The notes under the pieces: model-generated
Database searches by the model: none
What the model was told of the DNA's origin: nothing
What the model saw: the letters and a program-made list of their open reading frames with translations, nothing else
NCBI GenBank assembly: GCA_030835025.1
Contig: JAUQWS010000134.1
Span: forward strand, 2,110 to 66,109
DNA from: Ignavibacteria bacterium
GTDB taxonomy: Bacteria; Bacteroidota; Ignavibacteria; Tepidaquicellales; OLB5
Direction: 5' to 3'
Length of the DNA stretch: 64,000 nucleotides
Shown here: positions 45,209-54,472 of the stretch, in pieces
Layout of the letters: each line of letters begins with the position of its first letter
Position numbering within the stretch: position 1 is the first letter of the stretch
Position numbers and translations under genes: made by a program

Positions 45209-45721
45209 ATGTCAGATCTAAACACAAGCTTACAAAACGACGGATTCTTTACAACTAAAATAAGCGATATACTCGGCTGGGCTGAGAAAAACTCAGTGTG
45301 GCCAATGCCAATGGGTATCAGCTGCTGCGCTATCGAGATGATGGCTTTTGCGGCTGCCAGGTTTGATGCATCTCGCTTCGGTTCTGAAGTGTTCCGTTTT
45401 TCACCAAGGCAGTCCGATCTAATGATAGTTGCCGGAACCGTTACATATAAAATGGCGTGGGTAGTCAGAAAGATATGGGACCAGATGCCTGAGCCGAAAT
45501 ACTGCATAGCAATGGGTGCCTGCACTTCTTCAGGCGGAATGTACAGAAGCTATTCTGTTGTTCAGGGTATTGACCAGTTTTTGCCGGTGGATGTTTACGT
45601 AGCGGGATGTCCGCCCAGACCTGATGCTCTGATACAGGGCTTGATGCAGATACAGGAAAAAATAGGCAGGAAAAAACATAAGTTATTCGACCAGACGGTC
45701 AAAGAAATGCTTGCAGATTGA
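45209..45721 (+). CDS. nuoB: NADH-quinone oxidoreductase subunit B
   Basis: 170 aa. N2-cluster cysteines: [22 protein letters not shown]. Confidence 0.95.
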   Translation: MSDLNTSLQNDGFFTTKISDILGWAEKNSVWPMPMGISCCAIEMMAFAAARFDASRFGSEVFRFSPRQSDLMIVAGTVTYKMAWVVRKIWDQMPEPKYCIAMGACTSSGGMYRSYSVVQGIDQFLPVDVYVAGCPPRPDALIQGLMQIQEKIGRKKHKLFDQTVKEMLAD

Positions 45722-45726
45722 TCTTT

Positions 45727-45757
45727 AAAGCGTCCGATAAACGGGCGCTTTTTTTTT
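45727..45757 (+). terminator. Rho-independent terminator directly after nuoB
   Basis: 10-bp stem aaagcgtccg/cgggcgcttt with loop ataaa, followed by a 9-T run. Confidence 0.8.
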
Positions 45758-46065
45758 CATTGCCTGCTCTTTTGTTTCATAAAGAAATAGAACAGAAAGA
45801 TTATTATTAATCCCCCCCAAATCAGCTTGTAGCTTAATCCCATCCCTGCATCTCCAGCTATAAAAACCATCGGACCCAGTATTGCAATCAGCATCAGCGG
45901 AAGCCCGATAAAGATCATTATTGTAAATAGTGAGCTCTTTGTCTGCCTGTCTTCGGTCTTCTTCATTTTCCTCGGAATCACTTTGAATATAAACAAAGTG
46001 AGCAAAGCGATCACCAGCCAAACAACAATATATACGGGATAATTATGCTGAATTTCCTGTGTCAA
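45757..46065 (-). CDS. Small 3-TM membrane protein, translationally coupled to the ABC permease
   Basis: 102 aa with three hydrophobic helices. Its ATG overlaps the permease stop (ATGA at 46062-46065). No family recognised. Confidence 0.5.
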   Translation of the reverse strand: MTQEIQHNYPVYIVVWLVIALLTLFIFKVIPRKMKKTEDRQTKSSLFTIMIFIGLPLMLIAILGPMVFIAGDAGMGLSYKLIWGGLIIIFLFYFFMKQKSRQ

Positions 46066-47600
46066 TTATTCAATTTTTGTTTCAGGTGTTTAGGGATAAG
46101 AATTTTCTCAAGCAGCTCAAAAAGGAATTCAGCAAGAATTGCCAGTATCGCAGCAGGTATTGCTCCCTGTAAAATGAGCCCTGTATCATTAAGTGCAAGG
46201 CCGGTGACTATGAACTCACCCAATCCACCCGCCCCGATAAATGCTGCAAGAGTAGCCGTACCGATATTGATAACCGCTGCAGTTTTAATGCCTGCAAATA
46301 TTGCAGGCATAGCAAGCGGAATATCAACATAACGCAATCTCTGCATCCTGGTTAAGCCCATACCCGTAGCAACTTTTTTGATAATGGGGTCAACAGAGAA
46401 AATGCCGGATGCAGTATTCCTTAATATTGGCAGCAATGCATATAGGAAAAGAGCAACAACAGCGGGAAACAGGCCTATTCCAAACAAAGGGATCATTATT
46501 GCCAAAAGCGCAATTGAAGGAATTGTCTGCAATAAACCGGTTGAATAAAGTACAGGCCTGGCAATAGCCGGGTAAAGGGATAGCATTACACCTGCAGGGA
46601 AAGCGATCAATACGGCAAGCAGCAATGAGATTATTGTTATTTCAAGGTGCCTTGCAGTTTTTTGGAATATCTCTGAATAAACAGAACTGCCTTCAAACTT
46701 CTTATCACTTCCAATCAGCGACCTTTCTCTCAGGAATTCATGTGCAACAGCGGCAAACGACTTTTTATCATAAATTACCCTTGCATTCATTGTTTGCATC
46801 AGGCTGTCGTTAAGAGTACCTGCAAGCCGGTTAAGCAATTCTTTTGCTTTGGGATCAATCTGAGACCTGTAGAACGGTACACCATAGTATTGGGGAAAGA
46901 AGTTCCTGTCATCCTGCAGCAGTACAAGGTCATACTTCGGAATTTCACCATCTGTTGAATAAACATCTGTAAGCTGGATCTTCCCGTCATCAAGCGCCTG
47001 GTAAGCAAGTCCATGGTCAATTCCAACCGGCTTCAGTTTCAGCCCGTAAACTGATGCAAGATTATCCCACCCGTCTTTTCGCTTAAGGAATTCATAACTG
47101 ACGGCAGTTTTGATATCCGGGTGAGCGCTCAGCTGAGAGATCTTCTTAAGGTCCATTTCTTCTGCAGTCTTTCTTTTTAAGGCAAGCGCGTATGTATTGT
47201 TGAAACCGAAACTTTTCCCTATTTCAAGCTTATGTTCTGACTTCAGCCTCTCATTAAGCTCATTATCTCCGACCTTGCTGTCCAGTTTCAGAATTGCTTC
47301 TGAAATGGTGCCGGTGTATTCAGGGTAAACATCTATTTGGTCATTAATTAATGATTCATAACACACAAGTGTACCGCCAAGATTGAACTTTCTTTCAACA
47401 CTGTAACCGTTTGCTTCAAATAACTGCGAAATTACTTCTCCAAGAATATATGACTCGTTGAAATGCTTGGAACCGACTCTTATCTTTTGTGCATTTGCCT
47501 GAGAAGTAAATAGAACAAGCATCAGTAATGTCACTCCCAAAGATACTCCGTTCTTTATTACAGAAGCTGCAAAATCTTTTTTTACATTAGCTTTCTGCAT
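46062..47600 (-). CDS. Fused substrate-binding (OpuAC-type, N-terminal) + permease (C-terminal) subunit of a quaternary-amine ABC transporter
   Basis: 512 aa. The SBP half has DVYPEYTGT. The C-terminal half has about 6 TM helices with the BPD permease EAA-like region (MGLTRMQRLRYVDIP). Confidence 0.85.
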   Translation of the reverse strand: MQKANVKKDFAASVIKNGVSLGVTLLMLVLFTSQANAQKIRVGSKHFNESYILGEVISQLFEANGYSVERKFNLGGTLVCYESLINDQIDVYPEYTGTISEAILKLDSKVGDNELNERLKSEHKLEIGKSFGFNNTYALALKRKTAEEMDLKKISQLSAHPDIKTAVSYEFLKRKDGWDNLASVYGLKLKPVGIDHGLAYQALDDGKIQLTDVYSTDGEIPKYDLVLLQDDRNFFPQYYGVPFYRSQIDPKAKELLNRLAGTLNDSLMQTMNARVIYDKKSFAAVAHEFLRERSLIGSDKKFEGSSVYSEIFQKTARHLEITIISLLLAVLIAFPAGVMLSLYPAIARPVLYSTGLLQTIPSIALLAIMIPLFGIGLFPAVVALFLYALLPILRNTASGIFSVDPIIKKVATGMGLTRMQRLRYVDIPLAMPAIFAGIKTAAVINIGTATLAAFIGAGGLGEFIVTGLALNDTGLILQGAIPAAILAILAEFLFELLEKILIPKHLKQKLNN

Positions 47601-48320
47601 CTATATAGTAGTAAAATTCCTCACAAATTCGTTTGCAGGTTCGCTTAATATTTTCTCTTTCGGGGCATATTGCATTATTTCGCCTTCATTAAGCAGCATC
47701 AAGTTATCAGAGAGTTTTAGTGCCTCTTTCAGGTCGTGGGTAACCAGCACAATTGTGCGCGGTTCAAGCTTCTGCATGTTCAAAAGTTCTGCGTGGATTT
47801 CGTTTCTCGTCTCAGGGTCAAGCGCCCCGAATGCTTCATCAAGCAGAAATACCGGCGGATTTAGAAGCATAGCCCTGCATAATCCCACTCGCTGCTGCTC
47901 GCCCCCCGAAAGCTGGTACGGGTATTTTGTTTTGAAAAGCGGTGTCAGATTTACCAGGCTCATAAGGAAATCAACCCTCATTTCAGTAACATGCTTTAAC
48001 TGACCGGTTATCCTGCCAAGAAGCGAGATGTTCTCGTAAACGGTCATATGGGGAAAGAGTCCTGTTCCCTGCACGGAATATCCAATCTTAAGACGTGTTT
48101 CGTTTATCTTTCTGTAGTCAAGCATGCTGCCGAATACAATTGCGCTGCCTGATGACGGGCGGATGAGCCCGTTAATGATCTGAAGAAGAGTTGATTTTCC
48201 GCTGCCGCTTTTTCCGGCAATTGCAGTTATCTTCCTGTTATCAATCTCAAATGTCAGACCCTTTAACGCCTGTGTTTCGTTATAATAGTGCGAAACATTT
48301 TCAAAACGGATAAGACTCAT
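47601..48320 (-). CDS. ABC transporter ATP-binding protein (OpuCA/ProV-like core, no CBS tail)
   Basis: Walker A GKSGSGKST, signature LSGGEQQRV, Walker B VFLLDEAF. Only 239 aa. Confidence 0.9.
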   Translation of the reverse strand: MSLIRFENVSHYYNETQALKGLTFEIDNRKITAIAGKSGSGKSTLLQIINGLIRPSSGSAIVFGSMLDYRKINETRLKIGYSVQGTGLFPHMTVYENISLLGRITGQLKHVTEMRVDFLMSLVNLTPLFKTKYPYQLSGGEQQRVGLCRAMLLNPPVFLLDEAFGALDPETRNEIHAELLNMQKLEPRTIVLVTHDLKEALKLSDNLMLLNEGEIMQYAPKEKILSEPANEFVRNFTTI

Positions 48321-48404
48321 AATAGTTTAAAAATTCAGGATTTAAGATTCTCAGACAAAAGATATAAAAAAGGATATTTACTTTTCAATTGCTACTTTAA
48401 GAGC

Positions 48405-48412
48405 TATATTTG
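48405..48412 (+). promoter_or_regulatory. -7 box TATATTTG upstream of egtB
   Basis: TAnnTTTG match 38 nt upstream of the ATG at 48450, in the 129-bp divergent region shared with the ABC operon. Confidence 0.4.
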
Positions 48413-48449
48413 TAAATTATTCCTGTAAAGCTACTAATAAAAGTTTAAA

Positions 48450-49823
48450 ATGGAAAATCAAAACAGCGTTCTGAACATCGGCGATATAGAAAACTCATTG
48501 AGCGGAGTTGCGTCCGACAAGCTGTTTTCCATGTACAGGAAAGTACGCAGAATGACCATTGAGTTGTGTGAACCGCTAGAAATCGAGGATTTCGTCGTTC
48601 AGACAGAGAGTTTTATGAGTCCCCCGCGCTGGCATTTGGGACATGTAACCTGGTTCTACGAACAGCTGCTTAAGAAATATTACAGGAACTTTGAGCCTTA
48701 TAAGGATGATTTTTCATTCTACCTTAATTCATATTACCAGGCTTTCGGCAAACCGTTCAATAAGAGCAGAAGAGGTACAATATCCAGACCAACGGTCAGG
48801 GAAACAATTGCTTACTGGAACCACATAAACCGCCAGGTTTCTTCTTTCCTGAACTCTGCTGAAATCAAGCTGAACATTCTGAAGGATTTTATGCTGGCAT
48901 TTAACCATGAATGGCAGCACCAGGAACTGATGGTATATGATATTCAGCACTTGCTGCAAGACAGATATACTCCGAAAGAGGTTAAGAAGGTTCCGGGCGC
49001 AAATGGCGAATCACATAAAAAAGAAATGATAAAAATACCGGGCGGTATCTTCGAGCTCGGATTTGACATTTTGAAATGGAAAGACCAGTTTGCTTATGAT
49101 ATAGAAATGCCCCAGCACAAGACCTTCCTGAATGACTATTACATAGATAATGCTCCCGTAACTAACGGCGAATTCCTTGAATTTATAAAAGACGGCGGCT
49201 ATACAAATTTCAAATTCTGGCTTGATGAGGGCTGGCAGTGGGTTAAACAGAACAACATCACCTCACCGCTTTATTGGGAGCAGGATGAAAGCGGAAACTG
49301 GATCAAGTGTGATTTTAAGGGTAAGAGATTCATTGAAAACTTCTCAAACGAACCGGTTGTTAATGTCAGTTTCTTTGAGGCAGATGCTTACGCCCGCTGG
49401 GCCGGTAAAAGACTGCCGGGCGAAGCTGAATGGGAAAAGGCTGCATCGTGGGACGAAGATAAAGGAACAAAACGGCTTTACCCCTGGGGAGATAATGAGC
49501 CGGATGAGTTCAACTGTAACCTGCTTGAATCCAAGATATGGTCACCTTCTGATATTTTCACCTATGAAATAGGAAAAAGCTATTACGGTATTTATGGAAT
49601 GATCGGAGATATGTGGGAATGGACTGCAAGCGAGTTCACAGCATACCCCGGGTTCAAATCGGGCTTTGCGGAGTATAATGACAAGTGGTTTACAAATCAG
49701 AAAGTCTTAAGAGGGGGTTCATTTGGTACGCCTAAAAATTCAACACGCAACACTTACCGGAATTTTTTTAAAACACATGAACGCTGGCTGATAGGCGGTT
49801 TCAGATGCGCAAAGGATGCTTAG
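48450..49823 (+). CDS. egtB: EgtB-like sulfoxide synthase (DinB_2 + FGE-sulfatase domains)
   Basis: 457 aa. DinB-type His motifs HLGHVTWFYE and NHEWQHQELM. FGE domain with VSFFEADAYARWAG, GDMWEWT, RGGSF. Confidence 0.8.
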   Translation: MENQNSVLNIGDIENSLSGVASDKLFSMYRKVRRMTIELCEPLEIEDFVVQTESFMSPPRWHLGHVTWFYEQLLKKYYRNFEPYKDDFSFYLNSYYQAFGKPFNKSRRGTISRPTVRETIAYWNHINRQVSSFLNSAEIKLNILKDFMLAFNHEWQHQELMVYDIQHLLQDRYTPKEVKKVPGANGESHKKEMIKIPGGIFELGFDILKWKDQFAYDIEMPQHKTFLNDYYIDNAPVTNGEFLEFIKDGGYTNFKFWLDEGWQWVKQNNITSPLYWEQDESGNWIKCDFKGKRFIENFSNEPVVNVSFFEADAYARWAGKRLPGEAEWEKAASWDEDKGTKRLYPWGDNEPDEFNCNLLESKIWSPSDIFTYEIGKSYYGIYGMIGDMWEWTASEFTAYPGFKSGFAEYNDKWFTNQKVLRGGSFGTPKNSTRNTYRNFFKTHERWLIGGFRCAKDA

Positions 49824-49861
49824 TTTCAATTGGCGATTAACGATCAGTAATTTTTACAATC

Positions 49862-50884
49862 CTATTTACTCATCAAACAAAGTCCGAAATAGTTCCTATC
49901 ATCTTTCCAGGTCTTGTTTACATTTAATCCTGCAGAACCGGCAAGATCATTGATCATTTCATCTGTGAACTTGTAAGAATTCTCCGTGTGGATAGTCTCT
50001 CCTTTCCTGAATTCAACATATTCGTTCAGCTTATCAATATATACGGTTTGATTACTGCCTGAAACAAGATGCATTTCTATCCTGCTCATTGCTTTATTGA
50101 AAAATGCCTTATGAGAAAATTTGCTGAGGTCGAAAGTACCTCCAAGCTCTGTGTTTATCCTCTGCAGAATATTGAGGTTGAACTCAGCTGTTATTCCCGC
50201 GCTGTCATCATAAGCTGCGTTTAAAACATTCTCATCTTTTACCATATCAAATCCTATAAGGAATGAATCATCACCACTCATTGTATTGCTTATCGAACTA
50301 AGCAGCCGCTTTGCTTCAACAGGGGTGAAATTCCCGATGCTTGACCCAAGAAAAACTATCATCTTTGGATCCCCCGTGAGTTCATTTATAATTTCAAGTC
50401 CTTCTTCGTATTCGCCGTTTATACCTCTTATATTAAGCCCTTCGAATTCACTCAGCAATTCCTTTGAGCTCTGAACCATTATTTCCGAAACATCTATCGG
50501 CAGATAAGTTATGCAGCCTTCAGACTTTATGAATGAACTCAATATGTATCTTGTCTTTATTGAGCTCCCGCTTCCAAGCTCAACTATGACTTTCTTTCCC
50601 TTATTCATCAGCGCCATTTCATCTGAATATTTTTCAAGTATTGAAGATTCTGTTCTTGTCACATAGTATTCGGGAGTGTCGCATATCTTCTCGAAAAGCT
50701 CTGAGCCGGTATTATCATAAAAATATTTCGGATGAAGTACCTTAGGTACCTGTTTGAGTCCACGCGTGATGTCCTCTGCAAACGAACTTGTACAGCTTAT
50801 GCTTTCAAATCTGCAAATGCTTAGGCGGTCATTTATGACTTCTTCGGTGAAGCTGCCCGATATTTTCAGTTCTTCGCTCAACAA
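49862..50884 (-). CDS. egtD: L-histidine N-alpha-methyltransferase (EgtD family)
   Basis: 340 aa. Contains KYFYDNTGSELFEKICDTPEYYVTRTE, SAM motif ELGSGSS, and LIGFD. Confidence 0.8.
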   Translation of the reverse strand: MLSEELKISGSFTEEVINDRLSICRFESISCTSSFAEDITRGLKQVPKVLHPKYFYDNTGSELFEKICDTPEYYVTRTESSILEKYSDEMALMNKGKKVIVELGSGSSIKTRYILSSFIKSEGCITYLPIDVSEIMVQSSKELLSEFEGLNIRGINGEYEEGLEIINELTGDPKMIVFLGSSIGNFTPVEAKRLLSSISNTMSGDDSFLIGFDMVKDENVLNAAYDDSAGITAEFNLNILQRINTELGGTFDLSKFSHKAFFNKAMSRIEMHLVSGSNQTVYIDKLNEYVEFRKGETIHTENSYKFTDEMINDLAGSAGLNVNKTWKDDRNYFGLCLMSK

Positions 50885-50945
50885 TTTGGATTGATTTGGA
50901 AATAGAACGGCAAGTTAACTATTTTTGTAGTAAATAAACAGAATA

Positions 50946-51647
50946 TTACGGCAATTTTTCACTGCCAAAAACCCGCACTTTTGAACCTTCGGCAAATGTA
51001 ATATTATACGGGGCCTTTTCGTTCAAATATTCCCATTTCTTCCCGTAAATTGCTCCAAAATCGAAATTATGGTCAAATTTCACCACGGGGAAGATATTCC
51101 AGTACGGATGTTCTACTCTGTACATTAATGGTTTTCCGTTTCTTGAGGTTCCGAATCCCCACTCATGCTCTTTGAAGAAATGCTCCTTGGAACCGGCACG
51201 CGGGAGAAAGGGCTTATTGAGCGCTTCAAGGTAAATCTCATATTTCCTGTTTCTGAAGCTTATCGTATGGTTCAGCAGGATCTTTCCGTTCTTCGAAATG
51301 CTGCTTTTCATGCGGACACTTTTGTACTTTTCATTATACATCAGATTAGCAAATAGCGGGATAAATGAAGGCGGTACAAATTCCCTGACAAACATCACTC
51401 CCCTTTTCTCTTTGTATCTCACATAATACCGCAGATTGATCTCCGGAAAGTTTGTGTGCAGAGGGAACTTAATTCCTTTAACCCTGGTATCCAGAAAATC
51501 AAAGGCTACCAGGCTCACAAATGCGTTCCCTTCAATTGTATCAGCAGTTATACCTTCAGGCAGCAAATCATCAAGAAACCCGGGCTCAACGGCATATGTT
51601 ATTAGTACAAGGTTCTCCCATCTGGCGCTCAGGAATATTTTGCTCAT
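50946..51647 (-). CDS. DUF2071 (YqjF-like) domain protein
   Basis: 233 aa. The pattern LSARWENLVLITYAV.P..L..LLP.G...D...G.AFVSLVAF.F is typical of DUF2071. Confidence 0.65.
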   Translation of the reverse strand: MSKIFLSARWENLVLITYAVEPGFLDDLLPEGITADTIEGNAFVSLVAFDFLDTRVKGIKFPLHTNFPEINLRYYVRYKEKRGVMFVREFVPPSFIPLFANLMYNEKYKSVRMKSSISKNGKILLNHTISFRNRKYEIYLEALNKPFLPRAGSKEHFFKEHEWGFGTSRNGKPLMYRVEHPYWNIFPVVKFDHNFDFGAIYGKKWEYLNEKAPYNITFAEGSKVRVFGSEKLP

Positions 51648-51664
51648 ACTTACTCTTTGGCCGG

Positions 51665-52342
51665 TTAAAAATTTGATTCCGGTTCGTTGTGAATAGAAAC
51701 AAGTACCCTGCTTATCAAATATCCTACAATAGCTCCGGTTACAACATCACTGAACCAATGCTGCTGGTGATATATCCTGCTGAAACAGGTTACTATTGCA
51801 AGCAGATAGTAGAATGATTTCATGTAGATATTACTTGTTGTCGAAGCAAGGATTGTTGATAATGCAAATGAGACCGCGGCGTGTCCGGAAATATAAGAGA
51901 ACATATCGTTATTGGATAGATTCCAGCCGTAGAAAGTGAAATCCCCTTTATTTGTGTACGGCCTGAACCTTCCGAATGTAGATTTTGCTATAAGAGTGAT
52001 AAGCCCCGAGAAGATATAAGATTCAAATATCAAAAGTCCCGTTTCTCTTAATTTATACTTATTGAATATTAATCCAACAAGGTAAAGCCCCAAAAACAGG
52101 TATAATGTAGGAAGCCCGTTGCCGTACCACCTGCCGAAAGAGAACAATGAATCAACCAGATCGTTTTTTATTCCGCTTATTATGCTGTAAACTGCAGCAT
52201 CAAGGAAGAATGCGGATATTATTACAAAGATACAAAAAAGCGTCAGCTGCCAATGCAGGAATATTCTCCGGTACGCCATTGGGTATACCTTCACGAATGC
52301 GCTTCCCGCATGCCTAAGATCACCTTTTAAGATGCTCTTCAT
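51665..52342 (-). CDS. PAP2-family phosphatase (membrane)
   Basis: Acid-phosphatase motifs KSTFGRFRP, SGHAA, SRIYHQQHWFSDV. Confidence 0.8.
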   Translation of the reverse strand: MKSILKGDLRHAGSAFVKVYPMAYRRIFLHWQLTLFCIFVIISAFFLDAAVYSIISGIKNDLVDSLFSFGRWYGNGLPTLYLFLGLYLVGLIFNKYKLRETGLLIFESYIFSGLITLIAKSTFGRFRPYTNKGDFTFYGWNLSNNDMFSYISGHAAVSFALSTILASTTSNIYMKSFYYLLAIVTCFSRIYHQQHWFSDVVTGAIVGYLISRVLVSIHNEPESNF

Positions 52343-52374
52343 TTATCCGCACTGCTTAATATGATTCAAACTCT

Positions 52375-53115
52375 TCAACCTGCCCATATTAAGCCATCGA
52401 CTTTTTCAAAGAAATCCTTTCCGCGTATCCAGCCGTTCACACCGCCTGCGGACTTGATATAGAACCAGTCGCAGTTCATATCATAAATATAATTCTCATC
52501 TTTATTGCAAACAGGTTCTATATCAGTCTTAACGATAACGATTTTCTCTCCTTTGCTCAGAGTTCCGGAGCTTTCTGAAGCATCGTCTCTTGTTTTCTTA
52601 AGACCGAACGGAGTCTTTACCTCTGCAGACTGATTAACATCATAGAACTCCTCTTTTTCAAAGCTCAGTGTTTTCCGCCTGGAATCAAAATCGTACTTCA
52701 GCCTGATAGTATAGAAACCCATCCAGCCGAACTCAGTTACCTGGCCTTTCCCGTTTGTCTCAAATCCTGAATTCGAGGGCAGGTGTCCGCAGGGAATTAT
52801 CTTCTCACCGTCATACTGGAAGAAGTAACAATCTGTCTGGTCGCTGCTTCCGAAACCGCGCACAACTACTTCCCTGAATCCGTCGTTGCGGTTAATATCC
52901 AGAATGATCATATCCGCATCGTACGTATCGGAATAGCTTTCCTTCACTTGCGAGCTTCCAATAGTGAGCAAAAACCCCATTGCATCCGGATAGTACACAA
53001 GCCTTATATTTTCTTCTTTGCCGTCAAAATTCAGGTCGGTCCTTAATGTAGTATCAGCATCTGAGGCAAATACTTTGATGCTTAGAAAGAGAAGCAAGAT
53101 CAGTTTTCTCATCAA
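52375..53115 (-). CDS. Hypothetical secreted protein with C-terminal SH3b-like domain
   Basis: Signal peptide, a DLNFDGKEE Ca-motif-like segment, and a C-terminal GEKIVIVK...WFYIKSAGGVNGWIRG. Confidence 0.5.
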   Translation of the reverse strand: MMRKLILLLFLSIKVFASDADTTLRTDLNFDGKEENIRLVYYPDAMGFLLTIGSSQVKESYSDTYDADMIILDINRNDGFREVVVRGFGSSDQTDCYFFQYDGEKIIPCGHLPSNSGFETNGKGQVTEFGWMGFYTIRLKYDFDSRRKTLSFEKEEFYDVNQSAEVKTPFGLKKTRDDASESSGTLSKGEKIVIVKTDIEPVCNKDENYIYDMNCDWFYIKSAGGVNGWIRGKDFFEKVDGLIWAG

Positions 53116-53122
53116 TTATTAC

Positions 53123-53662
53123 TCATTTAGTTATTAGTTTTCTTACCAAAGCCCAGCTTGCAAGGGTCATACCGTCATAAATTTCATTTGTTTCTATCAT
53201 TTTTTCGATCTCATCCTGCTCTAATCTAAGGATTTCAAATTCTTCGGAATCGTCTTTTTTGAACTCATTTGAAGGCCTTAGATTTACTGCAATATAAACT
53301 TTACATATCTCATTTGTGACACCGTTGAACGGATTGAACTCTGCGGCATATTTAAGGTCACCTTCAAAGCCTGTTTCCTCTATCAGCTCTTTCTTTGCTT
53401 CGAAGTCATGATTATTTTCTTTCTTAACTCCGCCGCCCGGGAACTCGATGCTGAACCTGTCATTAAGATAACGGAATTGCTTTACCATCAATATCTTTCC
53501 GTCACTATCAAGAGGCACAATAAAGACCGAACCGAAAGTAAATGCGTAATGATACTCTCCCTCACGGCCGTTAGGCAAAAGGTATTTATCAACTTTATAG
53601 CTCCACCAGTTGTTAGAAAATATAGTCTCGGTGGCTAATTTCTTCCAGCGTCCTAATTTCAT
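53123..53662 (-). CDS. NUDIX hydrolase (ADP-ribose pyrophosphatase-like)
   Basis: Nudix box GGGVKKENNHDFEAKKELIEETGF. Confidence 0.85.
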   Translation of the reverse strand: MKLGRWKKLATETIFSNNWWSYKVDKYLLPNGREGEYHYAFTFGSVFIVPLDSDGKILMVKQFRYLNDRFSIEFPGGGVKKENNHDFEAKKELIEETGFEGDLKYAAEFNPFNGVTNEICKVYIAVNLRPSNEFKKDDSEEFEILRLEQDEIEKMIETNEIYDGMTLASWALVRKLITK

Positions 53663-53712
53663 ATAATATAATGTTTTAAGCAGTATTTATTGAAAATACC
53701 TTAATAATTTCG

Positions 53713-53720
53713 TAAATTTG
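53713..53720 (+). promoter_or_regulatory. -7 box TAAATTTG upstream of the fatty acid hydroxylase gene
   Basis: TAnnTTTG match 22 nt upstream of the ATG at 53742. Confidence 0.4.
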
Positions 53721-53741
53721 CAAATTAACATTTAAATAAAA

Positions 53742-54419
53742 ATGGCAAAGTCAAAGTACGTATCCAACAAAAATGAAACAATACCCCTGTTTAAGAATTC
53801 GTTCCTGGAGTATTTTTCACATATCCATCCTGTAACTCCGGTTGTTGTCTATGTACCCGTACTGGCTGTATGTGCTTACTTCGGCTTCCAAAGGGTGCCG
53901 GTAGTGAACGGGATTCTAGCATACATCGGAGGAATTTTGCTGTGGACCCTGACCGAATATATTATTCACAGATGGGCATTTCATTATGACCCCAAAACCG
54001 AAACAGGAAAAAAAGTTCATTTCCTGGTTCACGGCATCCACCATGACTACCCAAGAGATGCTACAAGGCTTGTTATGCCGCTCTTGGTAAGCGTACCGCT
54101 GGCAACATTTTTCTTCTACCTCTTTATGTCGGTATTTGGGGATTATTACCTTGTGATATTTTCAGGGTTTGTTTTGGGTTATGTAAGCTACGATTCAATC
54201 CATTATGCAACTCACCATATAAATCTAAAAGGAAGACTTGGCGGCTTTTTGAGGTCTTATCACCTTCGCCACCATTATGAAGATGATCATACTGCTTATG
54301 GTGTCTCTACTCCGCTGTGGGATTATATATTCAGAACGATCCCAAGCTATATGCTAGACCTGAAAAAGGTACCTGATATTGAAATTGATAAAGATGAAGA
54401 CAAGAAAGCTACGGTATAG
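53742..54419 (+). CDS. Fatty acid hydroxylase / sterol desaturase superfamily membrane protein
   Basis: His boxes HRWAFH, HGIHHDYP, HYATHH, HLRHHY; 4 TM helices. Confidence 0.8.
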   Translation: MAKSKYVSNKNETIPLFKNSFLEYFSHIHPVTPVVVYVPVLAVCAYFGFQRVPVVNGILAYIGGILLWTLTEYIIHRWAFHYDPKTETGKKVHFLVHGIHHDYPRDATRLVMPLLVSVPLATFFFYLFMSVFGDYYLVIFSGFVLGYVSYDSIHYATHHINLKGRLGGFLRSYHLRHHYEDDHTAYGVSTPLWDYIFRTIPSYMLDLKKVPDIEIDKDEDKKATV

Positions 54420-54443
54420 TTTTTAAAAAATATGAGTTTTGAG

Positions 54444-54472
54444 AAAAGGGAGGCAATTGAGCCTCCTTTTTT
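54444..54472. terminator. Bidirectional rho-independent terminator (aaagggaggc-aattga-gcctcctttttt)
   Basis: GC stem flanked by A- and T-runs between convergent genes. Confidence 0.75.

Noticed and set aside
45725-46021. Alternative 98-aa minus-strand ORF overlapping the 102-aa 3-TM ORF.
   Set aside because: The 45757-46065 frame gives three clean TM helices and an ATGA overlap with the permease. The alternative frame is hydrophilic low-complexity sequence with no start context.
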